Source: Eremomyces bilateralis CBS 781.70 (taxonomy: Eukaryota). Taken from it: a stretch of 64,000 nt of DNA. The notes below the pieces were generated by a model. It made no database searches, was not told where the DNA came from, and saw only the letters and a program-made list of their open reading frames with translations. A program made the position numbers and the translations under genes. Shown here in pieces: positions 38,956-51,171 of this stretch. Numbering within the stretch: the first letter of the stretch is position 1; every line of letters begins with the position of its first letter. The stretch lies in assembly GCA_010015585.1 (NCBI GenBank), contig ML975154.1; one strand, written 5' to 3'.

Positions 38956-39768
38956 ACGAGGCTCCGTGTGGGTTATGAGTGGGTGGAGGTATGAATGGGA
39001 TATGAGGGTTGCATCGGCGATGGAGGAGACAATGCGTTCGACGGAGTTGGATGACTTCGTCGGGATATAAACGAGTGGTGGCCGGGAAAGCGGCGGTTCA
39101 TGTGGTGGATCAAACTTTCCGAGTTGTCGATCCTAGTCCTCACTCTCCAGACCTCTCTCCGCACACCGCCGATATCAAGGCACAGATATCTACTATCACC
39201 GATTCCCCGCTAGCTACCCACCCTCCGACCGCGTCCATCCTCGGTTCTACTGTCCTCTATCCCCCTCGCATTGCTACCCTTGTGCGTTCTATAGACCTTT
39301 GACTTCCGTACTTTGCCTAGCCTGATCTCGTTTTTCTGGCGTTCCGACCGGTTTGGGATGACGGACGGTGGGATGTGTGCATATGACGAGGTTGCGCGGG
39401 CTGGGATGGGCGGGCGGAGACTAGATAGTAATTGAATTTTGCTTTTTCAGGTTGAAGATTGAATTGTTTAGAACATCTATGATATGATTGTGAATGACCT
39501 ATAAACTGATTCAAGGATGACCTATCTACCAGTGTCTTTTAGTGGGTGGGTGTACTTCCGTAAGCATATCAGATGCTCATGGCTAAACCGTAAACGCCGT
39601 GGAGTGCACAGACTTGGGCAGCCTTGGATGACCTCGCCCAGCTTGTAGCTTTCTCCAATGTGCCCCCCACCAACCCTCAAGGCATCATCCATTATCCTCC
39701 GCAATCCATATTAAACCACCGATATTCCTCTCTCCAACCACACCAATTCCCCTCCCCAAACCCTCACC

Positions 39769-40868
39769 ATGACCTCCACCGACCCCTTCGACAGCGCCCT
39801 GTAAGCCCATCCCCTCCTTTCCTTCCACCATCGAACTAACCCCCCCAGCGACCTCCTCCGTCGCCTCAACCCCTCCACCACCGCCCTCAACGTCCAACGT
39901 CTCTGCACCCTCTCCCCCTCCCTCACTGATGACCTCCTCGAATCCGTCGACATCCCGCTCACCACCCGAAAATGCCGCGTCACCCAGCGCGACTTCCTCT
40001 GCTGCGACTACAACCGCGACGGCGACAGCTGGCGCAGCCCGTGGAGCAATGAGTTCGAGCCGCCACTGGAGGAGAGCGAGGTGAGCGAGGGGGTGACGCC
40101 GAGTGAGAAGGTGAGGAAGATGGAGGTGAGGGCGAACGAGGCGTTTGATGTGTATCGGGAGTTGTATTTTGAGGGGGGGGTGGCGAGTGTGTATTTTTGG
40201 GATGTAGAGGGGGGGTTTGCGGGGGCGGTGTTGTTGAAGAAGGGTGAGTGCTCATGTTTCTGAGATACCCAGCTACTCCACTGTGCATTTTCTTTGCATC
40301 TTCTTGGGCTTTGAATCGTTGGAGATATGGTGTATGGCTACATGTGCTGACCCCTTCTCTCACCCAGCCGTTTCCCCCGGCGGAAACTCCACGGGCTCCT
40401 GGGACAGTATCCACGTCTTCGAAGCGCTCGACAAGCCGCCCCGACAGGCACACTACAAGCTCACCTCCACCGTCATCCTGTCGCTCGGCACCGGCGCCGA
40501 GGGGCTGGGCAAGATGGACCTGGCGGGCAACATGGTGCGGCAGGTCGAGCAGGACATGCCGGTGGACGACGACATGAGCCACGTTGCGAACGTCGGGAAG
40601 ATGGTGGAGGACATGGAGATTAAGATGAGGAATTTGCTGCGTAAGTACCGAATCGGAGAGGGGTTGGTTAGGAGGGACGCTGACGAGATGCAGAGGAGGT
40701 GTACTTTGGGAAGGCGAAGGATGTGGTGGGAGATTTGAGGAGTGAGATTCGATTCTATCTACCTGGACGACGAGTGGGTGCTAATTTTTGATAGGCATTG
40801 CGCCGTTGAGCGAGACGAATCGAGATCGGGCGACACAGAGAGAGATGATCAGTAGTATGGGCAAGTAG
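39769..40868 (+). CDS. CAP2: F-actin capping protein beta subunit (5 exons)
   Basis: DLLRRLNP, FLCCDYNRDGDSWRSPWSN, YRELYFEGGVASVY, WDSIHVFE, YKLTSTVIL, GKMVEDME, EVYFGKAKDVVGDLR. Confidence 0.96.
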
Positions 40869-41165
40869 AGCACTCCCATACCCGACGGCTGCGATTCTGT
40901 CATGCCTCTGGACGGCAGGAAAGTCGGGGATTCAGCTAGGATGAACATTGATGTTACGGTTAAAAGCAGCATATAGCGGGGTTCACAGCGCAATTGAGGG
41001 TTCCAAAGACTCTACGCAACAACTTTCCGATTCAACTGCAATACGTCCGAAACCCTAATAATGGCCTCTGTACCAACCAAACATTAATCCAATACTTCCA
41101 CTAGATCCCCAATAAATCCGAACACTCTTTCTCAACTTCCAAGCGACCGCTCCACTTCAAACCGC

Positions 41166-41402
41166 TTACAAGGCCAAGGCAGCCATGACGAGAGCACCGG
41201 CACCAGCAAGGACGGGGAATCCGGTCGCCGCAGCCATGCCAGACGAAGTGCCTGAAGCGCCCGCTGAGCCGGAGCCGCTGGAGCCAGACTCGCCAGCAGA
41301 TCCTATATTCAGTCAGCTACCCATCCTTTCCTTCTATTACAATGCAACACTACTCACCAGTCTCAGACGGATCCGAAGAACTGCCCGAACCCGACCCGGA
41401 GT

Positions 41403-41433
<31 letters not shown>

Positions 41434-41841
41434 ACCGGTAGCACTCGCGCCGGCCGACCCAGTCCTGGACCCCGACCCAGACCCCGATCCGGACCCCGAT
41501 CCCGATCCAGCCGTCGGCACCGCGGTTTCGGTCAGGGTGATATACTGTCCGAAACACGCGTTCTGGCACTGCGTATACTTATCGGTAGCGGCCGCGGTCC
41601 CGTCGCCCTGGTCGCACGCGGCGACGCAGACGGTGACCTGGTCCATGGCATTCTCATCGGGGCGCGGCACACCGACGCAGTTGGCCGCGCAGTTGACGTC
41701 GCCGGAGGGGCAGGCGGCAAGGCAGGTCTGGACGGGGGTGAGCTCGGCGGTGGCGGTGGGGGCCTCGGAGCCAGAGTCCTGGGGGATGGCGTGGGCGGTG
41801 AGGGCGAGGAGGGTGGTGAGGAGGAGAGAGTTGAACTGCAT
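41166..41841 (-). CDS. Secreted GPI-anchored Ser/Gly-rich cell-surface protein with Cys-rich N-domain (1 intron)
   Basis: Signal peptide MQFNSLLLTTLLALTAHA, CLAAC..NCAANC..CVAAC..CQNAC, (SG)n tracts and a hydrophobic tail GFPVLAGAGALVMAALAL*. Confidence 0.85.
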
Positions 41842-42914
41842 TTTGATGATGGGAGTAAAGACGCGTTTTTAGAGGCGGCGATCAATTAATGGACTTGGGA
41901 TGAAGTAAATGGCGGATATGAGCGAGTGTGATGAAGACAAGTCGAATAGACTCTGCTAACGAACGACGGAGAAGTACTGATGGGATGATTCTGGAGATTT
42001 CACATATGACTGAAGAAAAGAAGAGAGAAGGAGGACAAGATCACAGCAAAGTCAGAAGAAAGGGAGAGATGTTGGGGCCCTTGGGGGAATTCAGGCCAGG
42101 CATGTTGGTATGGAGATTCCGGGGGGAGTGCATGCGCCATGCAGAATCGCTAGAAACACGGCAACCAGCCGATCTACTAGAGCGTTTCCAGCCCAATTCC
42201 CTGCATTGGCCGCTCCGTAGCCTGTAACATGTTGAGGTTTGTCGAGTTTTTCCTTTCGTGTCTTTGCGGGCTTGACCGCTTGAGCCGTAATGACCAGATG
42301 ACACCGCTGCTCGAATCTCGAAACCAATTGGGTCCGGCGGAATAAAATTAGACAATACCTTCAGTGTCGTATTAGTACCCCCGAGGCCGGAACTCTGGAG
42401 TGAAACAGCGACGCTCAACAGTAAAAGGTCTGCTTAGCGGCTCGGCTCAATTCTGTCTGTGCTAAAAACAGGGAGGCTAACTAGTGGCTTGATAACTATT
42501 GACAATTGACATGGATTAATGGAGATGATCGGGATTCGTCGATTTCGGCGCGTCGAGCCACGACTTCACGCGTTCGAGTTCAATTTGGTGCAACGAGATT
42601 GAAGGCTTTCTGAGGAAGGGAAGGACTCCCTTATCGTCTGCTATTGCGAGAGAAACTGTGCGATGCAGTGAATAGCAAATAACTATACCTGCTAACACGA
42701 ACAATTTTCGTGCCCACCTCTACCGTTATTTCAGGCGGCAGAGCGGCAAACAATAGCAGGAGAGAATGACACAACTTCTCATTTCTACTTTCTACCACCG
42801 AGTTTTCCCCTCGACGTGGCACTGCATTCTCACCGACATGTCGTGACTTCATCCCTCCTCTCCAGTGTGTGTTGGAATCGCAGTTGCGGGACTGGGTATC
42901 AGGAAAGAATAAAG

Positions 42915-45900
42915 ATGTCCTCCGATGAATATGGATCTTTCGACATAGATGACGATGACTTGATCCCGATTGACCAGGTGACATTTCCATTAGCACCTCC
43001 ATCAAATCAGATAGCGGGGTCCAGGCTGTCTGCACGGCCGGAGAAGCGGCGGAGATTGGATGGCGAGAATGGGTGAGCACATGCTGTATTCAAACTCCGG
43101 GAGTCCAGGCTAATATCCACCTCAGGACGAACAATATCAACGGCGCGGCCCTCCCTCCGTCGTCGCCACCAGCGCCTGGCACCAGAAACAATACTATATC
43201 CACCGATTCCCGAGACTCCTACCAAGCTCCGAACGAGAACACGCGTCTTCGTGCTCCCCTCACAGGTCTACGACAAACCACCTTATTCGGCCAGACACTG
43301 GACGGCGTCTCTCTCTCCCAGACCACCAAGCGGCATGCCTTCCCCGTCGCGAGAAAAGATGAACCACCTACGCATCACCTGTTGGATAAACAAGCGATGG
43401 AAACCTGGGTGTATCCCACGAACCTTGGGAGGATCCGCGACTATCAATTCAACATCGTGCAGAAGGCCCTCTTTCATAACACCCTCGTTGCGCTGCCCAC
43501 CGGTCTTGGGAAGACGTTCATCGCTGCGACCATCATGCTGAACTGGCTTCGGTGGACGAAAAACGCGCAGATCGTCTTCGTTGCTCCCACGAAACCATTG
43601 GTAGCGCAGCAGGTGGAGGCATGTTTTAGGATCGCTGGCATACCGAGGTCGGAGACCACGATGTTGACGGGAGAGGTTTCTCCCGTATTGAGGGAAGCCG
43701 AATGGGAATCGAAACGGGTGTTCTTCATGACGGCGCAGACTCTGATGAACGATTTGCAAAAGGGTACCGCGGACCCGAAGCGGATCGTACTGCTTGTGGT
43801 GGACGAAGCGCATCGAGCGACTGGAGCGTATTCGTACGTGGAGGTGGTCAAGTTTATTGTCCGCTTCAACCAGAGTTTTCGCATTCTTGCGTTGACGGCT
43901 ACGCCGGGTGCAACTGTGGAAGCCGTCCAGAACGTCATTGATGGGCTCAAGATCTCGCGAATTGAAATCCGAACGGAAGACTCGATAGACATCAGGGAAT
44001 ATGTCCATCAACGCCAAATGGAAAAGTATCTCTTCGACGAGACCGAAGAGATGGCATTGCTCATTGGGTTATACAGCAAGGCTCTACGGCCCCTCGCGGA
44101 AATTCTAAAGCAACAAAATGCCTATTGGACAACCGATCCGTCCAAAATGACGCCCTATGGGCTGACTCAAGAGAGATCCAAATGGATGGCGACCGCTGGG
44201 AAGAATGCGCCCAATTGGCAGAAAGGGCTGGTGGGCGCTGTCTCCGCGATCCTCGGGACCTTTGCCTTCGCGTTTGACATGCTCTTATACCACGGCATCA
44301 CCCCGTTTTTCCAAAAGCTAGACCAGTTCCGGCAAGAGGTCCAAAAGGACCTGAGGAAGGTGAGTAAATACAAGAAGCAGGTCTACGACAACGAACACTT
44401 CAATAAGATGATGAACTATCTGGATACCTGGACCAGGAATCCGAACTTCATCGGACATCCGAAACTGGAGTGCTTGCAGCAGCGCCTCATGACGCACTTC
44501 CTCGACAACGGCGAAGGGAGCGAGCGTACCCAAACCCATGGCACGAAAGTCATGATCTTCGCCAACTGGCGCTCCTCCGCAGAGGACATCGTGCGCATCC
44601 TCCGCAAAAACTCTCCCATAATCCGCCCGCACGTGTTCGTCGGGCAAGCCAAATCCCACGACTCCGACGGCATGAGCCAGAAAACCCAGCAAGAAGTGAT
44701 CGACAAGTTCAAAAGCGGGGAATACAACACCCTCGTCGCGACGTCCATCGGCGAAGAAGGTCTAGACATCGGCGAAGTCGATCTCATCTGCTGCTACGAC
44801 TCCAAATCCTCCCCAGTCCGCATGCTGCAGCGCATGGGCCGTACGGGGCGTAAACGCGCGGGTCGGATCATCCTGCTGATGATGAAGGGCAAGGAAGAGG
44901 CGCAGGCGGAGAAGGCCAAGGTGAACTATCAGGACATGCAGGGAGTGATCGCGAGCGGGAGCAAGTTCGCGTTCCACGACGAGATGTCGCGGCGAATCTT
45001 GCCGAAGGATATGGTCCCCGTGGTGGATAAACGGGAGGTGGAGATCCCCGTGGAGAATTCGCAGGCTGATACGCAGTTGCCCATCCCGTCGACGCAGGGC
45101 AGGAAGAGGCAGAAGCGGAAGCCGAAGAAGTTTCATATGCCAGATGGCGTGCAGACGGGATTCGTCACTGCGAATAGGCTGGGGGATGATGAGGAGGAGC
45201 GGGGAGCGCCGGTCCAGGACCCCCCTGCGGATATCCCGACGCTGGACGAAGTGCTTCTTACCAGAGCCGACGAGGCGGACTTTGAGCACCGCTATCTGAA
45301 CACCGCTGGCGATGATAACAATGTGGTATCTGCGCCCGCGCTGGATCGGTTCCCGGATCATCAGATGAAGCCCTCGAGGGGGTTCTTGATTCCCTCGCGG
45401 AAAGATAAGCGCACCTTATCTGGAATGATGAAGCGGATGCACCAGATGGGATCCCGACTCAGCAGCAGCTTTCCCAGTTCCTACGACAACCCCGATGAAA
45501 TCCCCGAGTCCAGCGTCGTGCTTGACATCACCTCACCCGCGGAACCAAGCCCACCCAAACCCGCCAAAAAGCGCACAAATAATCCCGCCACCTCGAAAAC
45601 CCGACCCCCCCCCTCCACATCCAGCGCATCCCGCCCCATCCGCAATTCCCACCGTGCCTACGCCTTCACCGACACCGACATCGCCTCCGAAGCCGAACTC
45701 GGCGCCTCGTCCTCCCCAGGACAACACACTAGCCCCCGGATGACGCTACCCACCCAGGGCATCGATCTTGGTTCCGACACTTCCGGAGAGGAACCGGACG
45801 AGGAACCAGACTCTGAGCTCGCGGCGTTTGTGGTTGGCGATGACGAGGGGTTGGAGGAGTTTAGCTCGAGTTTGCCGGTGCGGCCGCAGAGGTTGGAGAG

Positions 45901-46135
45901 GCGGATCGATCGGATCGATGAGGAGATGGACGAGGACGATGATGATGATGATTTGGAGAGTTTGGTACTGGTCGGAAGCTTTGGTACAAGGATTGGTGCA
46001 GCATTGGACGACGACGATGAGGACGAGTTGCCGGAATTGGGCGAGGTGATTAGCAAGACGACGCGGAAGCGGTTGGTCAATGGGGCCGGCAAGCGGAAGC
46101 GACGAGTCGTGGATGAAGACGACGATGGTGAATAA
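42915..46135 (+). CDS. MPH1: FANCM-family DEAH helicase Mph1/Fml1 (intron 43073-43125)
   Basis: WVYPTN..RDYQFNIV, LPTGLGKT, VDEAHRATG, LTATPG, ATSIGEEGLDIGEVD, QRMGRTGR. Confidence 0.95.
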
Positions 46136-48311
46136 AGCGCACAGGATATCTTGACACGATTTGGCCGAGGTATTTCCGGATAGGGGCTTCGTCAATGCGC
46201 TACGAAACGGATGAGTTTACGACAATAGGACTTTGCATGCACTTCATAGTGCCAGCTTCGGATCAATTACGCAGTTACATACCTTCGGAGCCGTGTGCTA
46301 CAGCTCAGTGATTCCGACGTGTTGTCTCTTGGAACTCTCCTTTTTATGCGCCCACGGTTGACCTGGGATTGACCGAGATACCGGATATCGGCTGTTTTCT
46401 CGAGGTTTACTCATGTCTTCGATTGGCACCATGCCTTCACTGTTTTCTTACGTCTTGTTTTGCGTCCCAGTGAACACCGATATCATTCAGTCTCTGCAAC
46501 CACAATCCGGACAGTCCAGCTCCATGCTTCAATCTATTCCGACTCTTCCTAGCCAACGGAGCCGCCATCATAGCCTGCCCCTCCCTCCCGTACAGATATT
46601 TGACCTAGTCAAGCTTAATACTTGGCACGTATCGTGTCGAAACTAAACTCGCTGGAGCCAAATACTCGAAAATTAACTGATGAAGCAGCTCACCTAAGAA
46701 CGCATCTATGGAAGACTCCATCGTCGCCTGACGTGGATATTGAACTTCGTGAGTGAACAAGGTAGGAACGGCCTATATGACATTGGACTGTGGCAGGTTT
46801 GACTATTTTAGCCCAGATATCAATACCACACAACCCGCCGCCGTTCTCGAGCTTCCATAGCCAGGGCGCAGCATCGTGTCTACTCCTATATTCGAATCCC
46901 TTAACATTTGATCCTCATCATACCGCACCTGTTTTGCGTCCAGTTTGGCATATATCGAGTCCATTTTCATCCCAAGCTCTTTTATATCTTAGAACTCTTC
47001 CATCTCGTTGTCGCATTTGATCGCCTCGTAACGGATTCTCTGCAGATAGAATCGTGCAGGTATACGGAGCACAGCACGGTGAAAGCGAACAGCGACAGCC
47101 ACCCAAATTCCCTCCAAAGTGCTTTTACAACCAGCGCCATTCCTTCGACTGCATCTGTTGCACCCTCATCCTTACACCGTTCCAGAACCATCGCATCACC
47201 AACCTGGCTCAAAGCCAAGCCTTTGAGAGTAAAGGGAGGCAACCGCGCCGTGGCAACGAACTACTCGTCAATCTTACGGCCACACGTCAAGGAAAGTATC
47301 CGAACTGCAGAATCATCTTGCCTCTGCCGAATGTCAGGCGGCTCCTACTGCGAGAATTGTAAAAGGTTGGGGCTCTGTCGAGCGCAAGTTTCGAAACCAG
47401 AACCCCGGACGGGCTGAATCTCCCGGCCTTTTCGGCTACTTGCGGAGGGGGTTTCCTTTAGGCCTCCATTTGGCAGATCCGATTGAGCCTCCAATATTCG
47501 AACCTGGACAGAACTCCAACAAGCTGCTTTAGTTGAGGGACGGAAAATGGCCACGGCAGTTAAGCAACGGGAACCTCAAACTTTCCTGATCTACCTCCGC
47601 ACCAACTAACTACGTACAGTCACGAATTTCTTGCTGCTCTGCCAACACTGGCTGCGAAATTACAAAAGCCTGTTATGAAAGGATATTACCAGTGCCGGGG
47701 AGCCAGCAAAAAAGCTCGAATCAATAAAATCCCGATCGACCTCCCTGACGACGAGGTGATGGGTCGCTTCAACTCCTGGTTTGTCTATTCAGTATGGTAC
47801 TGGTTTTTCATATTGTGTCCATCCCCGTACGCCTTCTCGCGCTTTTTCAGGGGTCTCGTAAAAGCATTGGTCCTATCGATCGGATGGCAAGAATAATTCT
47901 AGTGTTCGCTAACCGTCGAGGGGCCCATACGTCATGACAATTTTGTGTGAACTACTTTGTCACTAAGTTACTATCAGCTCTACCGTAGACTATATATGAT
48001 CTGAATCTCGACAGTTAGTGGGTACTGTCATAATTGAACCTCACACAGCCGCCTGTCTCGCGCAAGGCGAGTTTATCCGGGCTCTTTTTACCCCCCCAAC
48101 ACCTCATGTGTCGTTGTTCAAAATGCGCGTCATAATTGGTGATCGAATATGGGGCCGAGTCCGGTATTTTTTGTAAGAATCATCAATCATCATCTGTGAT
48201 ATTTGTCGCATCGCAGGGGAATTGGGGTGGTGCTCGACTGACGTGACTGAAAGCGAAGCGTGGACAGTGAGGAAGAAGGAATGTTATTCTCGTCCTACAT
48301 CCATAAGAAGT

Positions 48312-48401
48312 ATAATAATAAGAATCAATTTAACGTACTATCTGGATCCCTTTCGGGTCTATGAGCACGGCATTCTATCTGGTCTGCCGCGGGCAAAAGT
48401 T
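48312..48401 (-). repeat. 90-bp dispersed element, copy 2 (inverted relative to 9181-9270)
   Basis: Its reverse complement equals 9181-9270 except for one C/T difference (TACGTT versus TATGTT). Confidence 0.9.
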
Positions 48402-49021
48402 GACAGAGAATAGCTGTTCCTTTGATCAGGTGATCTGGAGATGCGACTTCAGCAGGAGAGCACTTGATTACCAAGAATTGAAAGTGTTGATTGATCTTGA
48501 TCCTTAATGAGCGTACAAACTACAAGAAGACGCTCATCTTTTATGTTCTGTATATAATTGATGGTCGTGGGGACCTTGGTTTCCTCAAAGCGAGCGAAGA
48601 AGCAAAGAAAGAAGCATTGGTGATATCGTGGGGTGTGGGATGCTCCTCCACGGGGGAACCACGGGGGAACCATGAGGGCTAGACCACCTAAATACGACTA
48701 AGAAATGGGGGCGCGGTCTGGAGACCGGCGGGTCCCGAAAAATAGAGATATCCTGAAAGCCTGATCTCTGACAAATGTTGCGTGGCAGTAGAAATTAATA
48801 GGGGCATCCTGCGACACATGCCCATAGCACCTGACGCGCGTAGGAATAATCGATGAATAAATCAATCAATCAGGACAATAGAGACAGACTTGATTTCTTT
48901 CAAAATCATGTTTACACAATTTCCTATGGCAATACCATCAGGAGTAGAAAGTAACACTAATGTAACAGACTTTTCCAAACATCATCATCAACCACGCGTA
49001 TACAAAGAGTTTTACTAGTTC

Positions 49022-50745
49022 CTATTTTTCCTGTGCATACAGTGCCTCAATCTCTTTGTTGTACTTCTCAACCTGGCCATACTTGTCATTAGGCAGTGTT
49101 TTGATTCCCCTCCGATGTTGTATCGCCAGTAAATTTTTCAAACGCGTTTCGGTTCGCTCGGCGCCAAAATATCTATACCCTTTTACTTTAGCCGCCAGAG
49201 ATTTGAACTCCTCTTCAGATATTGCTTCGCATGACGAGATCTCGGCAACAACATCTTTAAAACTGGAACGTTTAGGACGACGACGACGACGACGGTCCAA
49301 ATCATCGGTTTTTGAGTCATCGGCTTTTGAGTCTTCAGCTTCTGAGTCATCGGCGTCTAAGCCATCGGTTTCTATGTCTTCGACTTCTGAGTGATCGATG
49401 TCCCCCTTTTTTTCAGGTTGCTGGCTGGCACTGCCAGGGCCTGGTGCTTCCTGGACGATTTTCTGACTTTCTGTGGCCTTTATATTCTGGATATTCACAG
49501 CATCGTCCACCGCTGCATTAGTCTGTATCTTGAGATTTTTAAACTCTTCAAGCAACCCCTCAGTCAGCTGGATAGATGGTATACTCGCCCGTAATTGGTC
49601 CATCAAGCCGTCGGGATCTTGGATTGCAGTGAACGCTACTACCCATCCAATCGACAGGAATGGACCGATAAGTGGGATCCATCCGATCGCAAACGTCATA
49701 GAATCCTTGAACCAGGTAACGAACCAGGGACCTTTAGAGTTGCACTTGCCCCATTCAATGGTAAGACCCTGGTTCTTGCTGGCCACATTTTTCCAGTCGA
49801 CCATGCTCCCGCTAGTCAAATTCTGCTGTACACGCACGAGAGGAATCAAGCTGGAATCAACCTGAATAATCCCCCCTGAGCCGAATGCATCATGTTTTCG
49901 TTGGCCACGCGGGACCAAAAGGGTGGTGACCAACTTAGAGATATTCAGGCCGAGCGCCTTTGTCTTATCAGGGACAAGACCTAGTGTTGTATCGAACTTC
50001 AGCTTCGCTGTAGATACTTCGCCCTCTTCGAAGTCGTATAGAAAGGCCATTTTGTTTGGAGTCTTGTCCTTGTGATACTCAAGTTCAACTTCGTTCAAGC
50101 TGTTGAACCTCACATGAACATATGTACAAAGATCGGGACATTTCTCGCTAGCCTGATGGGCCACTGGGATATAGATGGCACGAATGTAGGCCAGGCGCTT
50201 GGTTCAGAAAGAATGTCAGTAAACAGTTGATCCTGGCAGCTCCTTAAACGAATACTACTCACGTCAATAAAGACCCATTCTTCCTTTCTAGTCGGCATCG
50301 GAATGAACATGAACCACGACTATAATCCAACCAGTCAGTCTTCCGCTGAATAGCTACTTCTGACATTGATAGTACAACGTACTTCGTATGCGTCACCCCA
50401 CTCTCTCTTCTTAAATCTGTACCCCCAGGTGCAGAGTTCATGCTGGACACGCCTGGTGGGATGGTTATATTGTCCATAGGAAAAAGGGAGGTGAGTCCAA
50501 ACCCCATACTCTGTTTGCCATCCAGCATCACCATAGACAATCTTGTAGTCGGACCGTCTATGAGGATGGCCTGTTGGGATCTTGGCCTCGTTAGGGCCAT
50601 GGTGAGACTCCCTGTTCCAAATCACTTCCACCATCAAGTTGCTGTAGAAGTGAAGAGGATTTTCCGCGTTGAAGCGTCCTTCCACTGCTGATTGCAACGC
50701 ACTTTTTTTGAAGAAGCATTCTCCTTGGGGGTATGGAACGGCCAT
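49022..50745 (-). CDS. Hypothetical protein, about 531 aa, 3 exons (introns 50320-50382, 50198-50262)
   Basis: Two canonical introns (GTACGT..CTGAC..TAG; GTGAGT..CTGAC..AAG) join the 136-aa and 380-aa ORFs through a 57-nt exon without stops. Confidence 0.75.
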
Positions 50746-51171
50746 TGTGTCAGTGGGCCTTGGTTTGGGAAGATGAAAGATAATTGACTAGAAATAGCGT
50801 GGTTCAAATATCAAATGAGAATTGAGTGACTCGTGGAACTCGAGGAGCAGCGGGTTGATTGCGCCCTTATTATAACAGTGTTCTATGTAGCCTACCTAGT
50901 CGTGTCGTCACCGTGTCATCACCGTATCGTCACCGTCCAGTACCTGAGCCAATTGTCTACTCCACTGACGACATAGGCACATCGTTGAGGTGCGCAGTTA
51001 GTCAGTGGGCTAGACCTCCAGTGACCAGTACATACTTCACTACGGAGTACCTTACCTAGCTCGCGGGTGACAGATTTCGCGGCCCACCACTTTGCCGAAG
51101 TAGACCCGCCCCCATAGCCCAAATACGATATCCAGCTGAAAAGATGCCTTGATCAACGCTATTCATTAAAT

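Noticed and set aside
40244..40368. snoRNA in the longer CAP2 intron
   Set aside because: No convincing C/D or H/ACA architecture by eye.
30029..45361. Long antisense ORFs over RPP0, YDJ1 and MPH1 (for example 282 aa, 298 aa, 244 aa)
   Set aside because: These are shadow ORFs expected from GC-rich codon bias on the coding strand.
47604..47617. Possible pogo excision footprint (aactaacTAcgTA) resembling the flank at 430-444
   Set aside because: Too short to distinguish from chance.
9181..48401. Inverted 90-mers as TIRs of one giant 39-kb transposon
   Set aside because: The enclosed DNA is conserved housekeeping genes with no transposase or recombinase at either end, and the flanks show no TSD.
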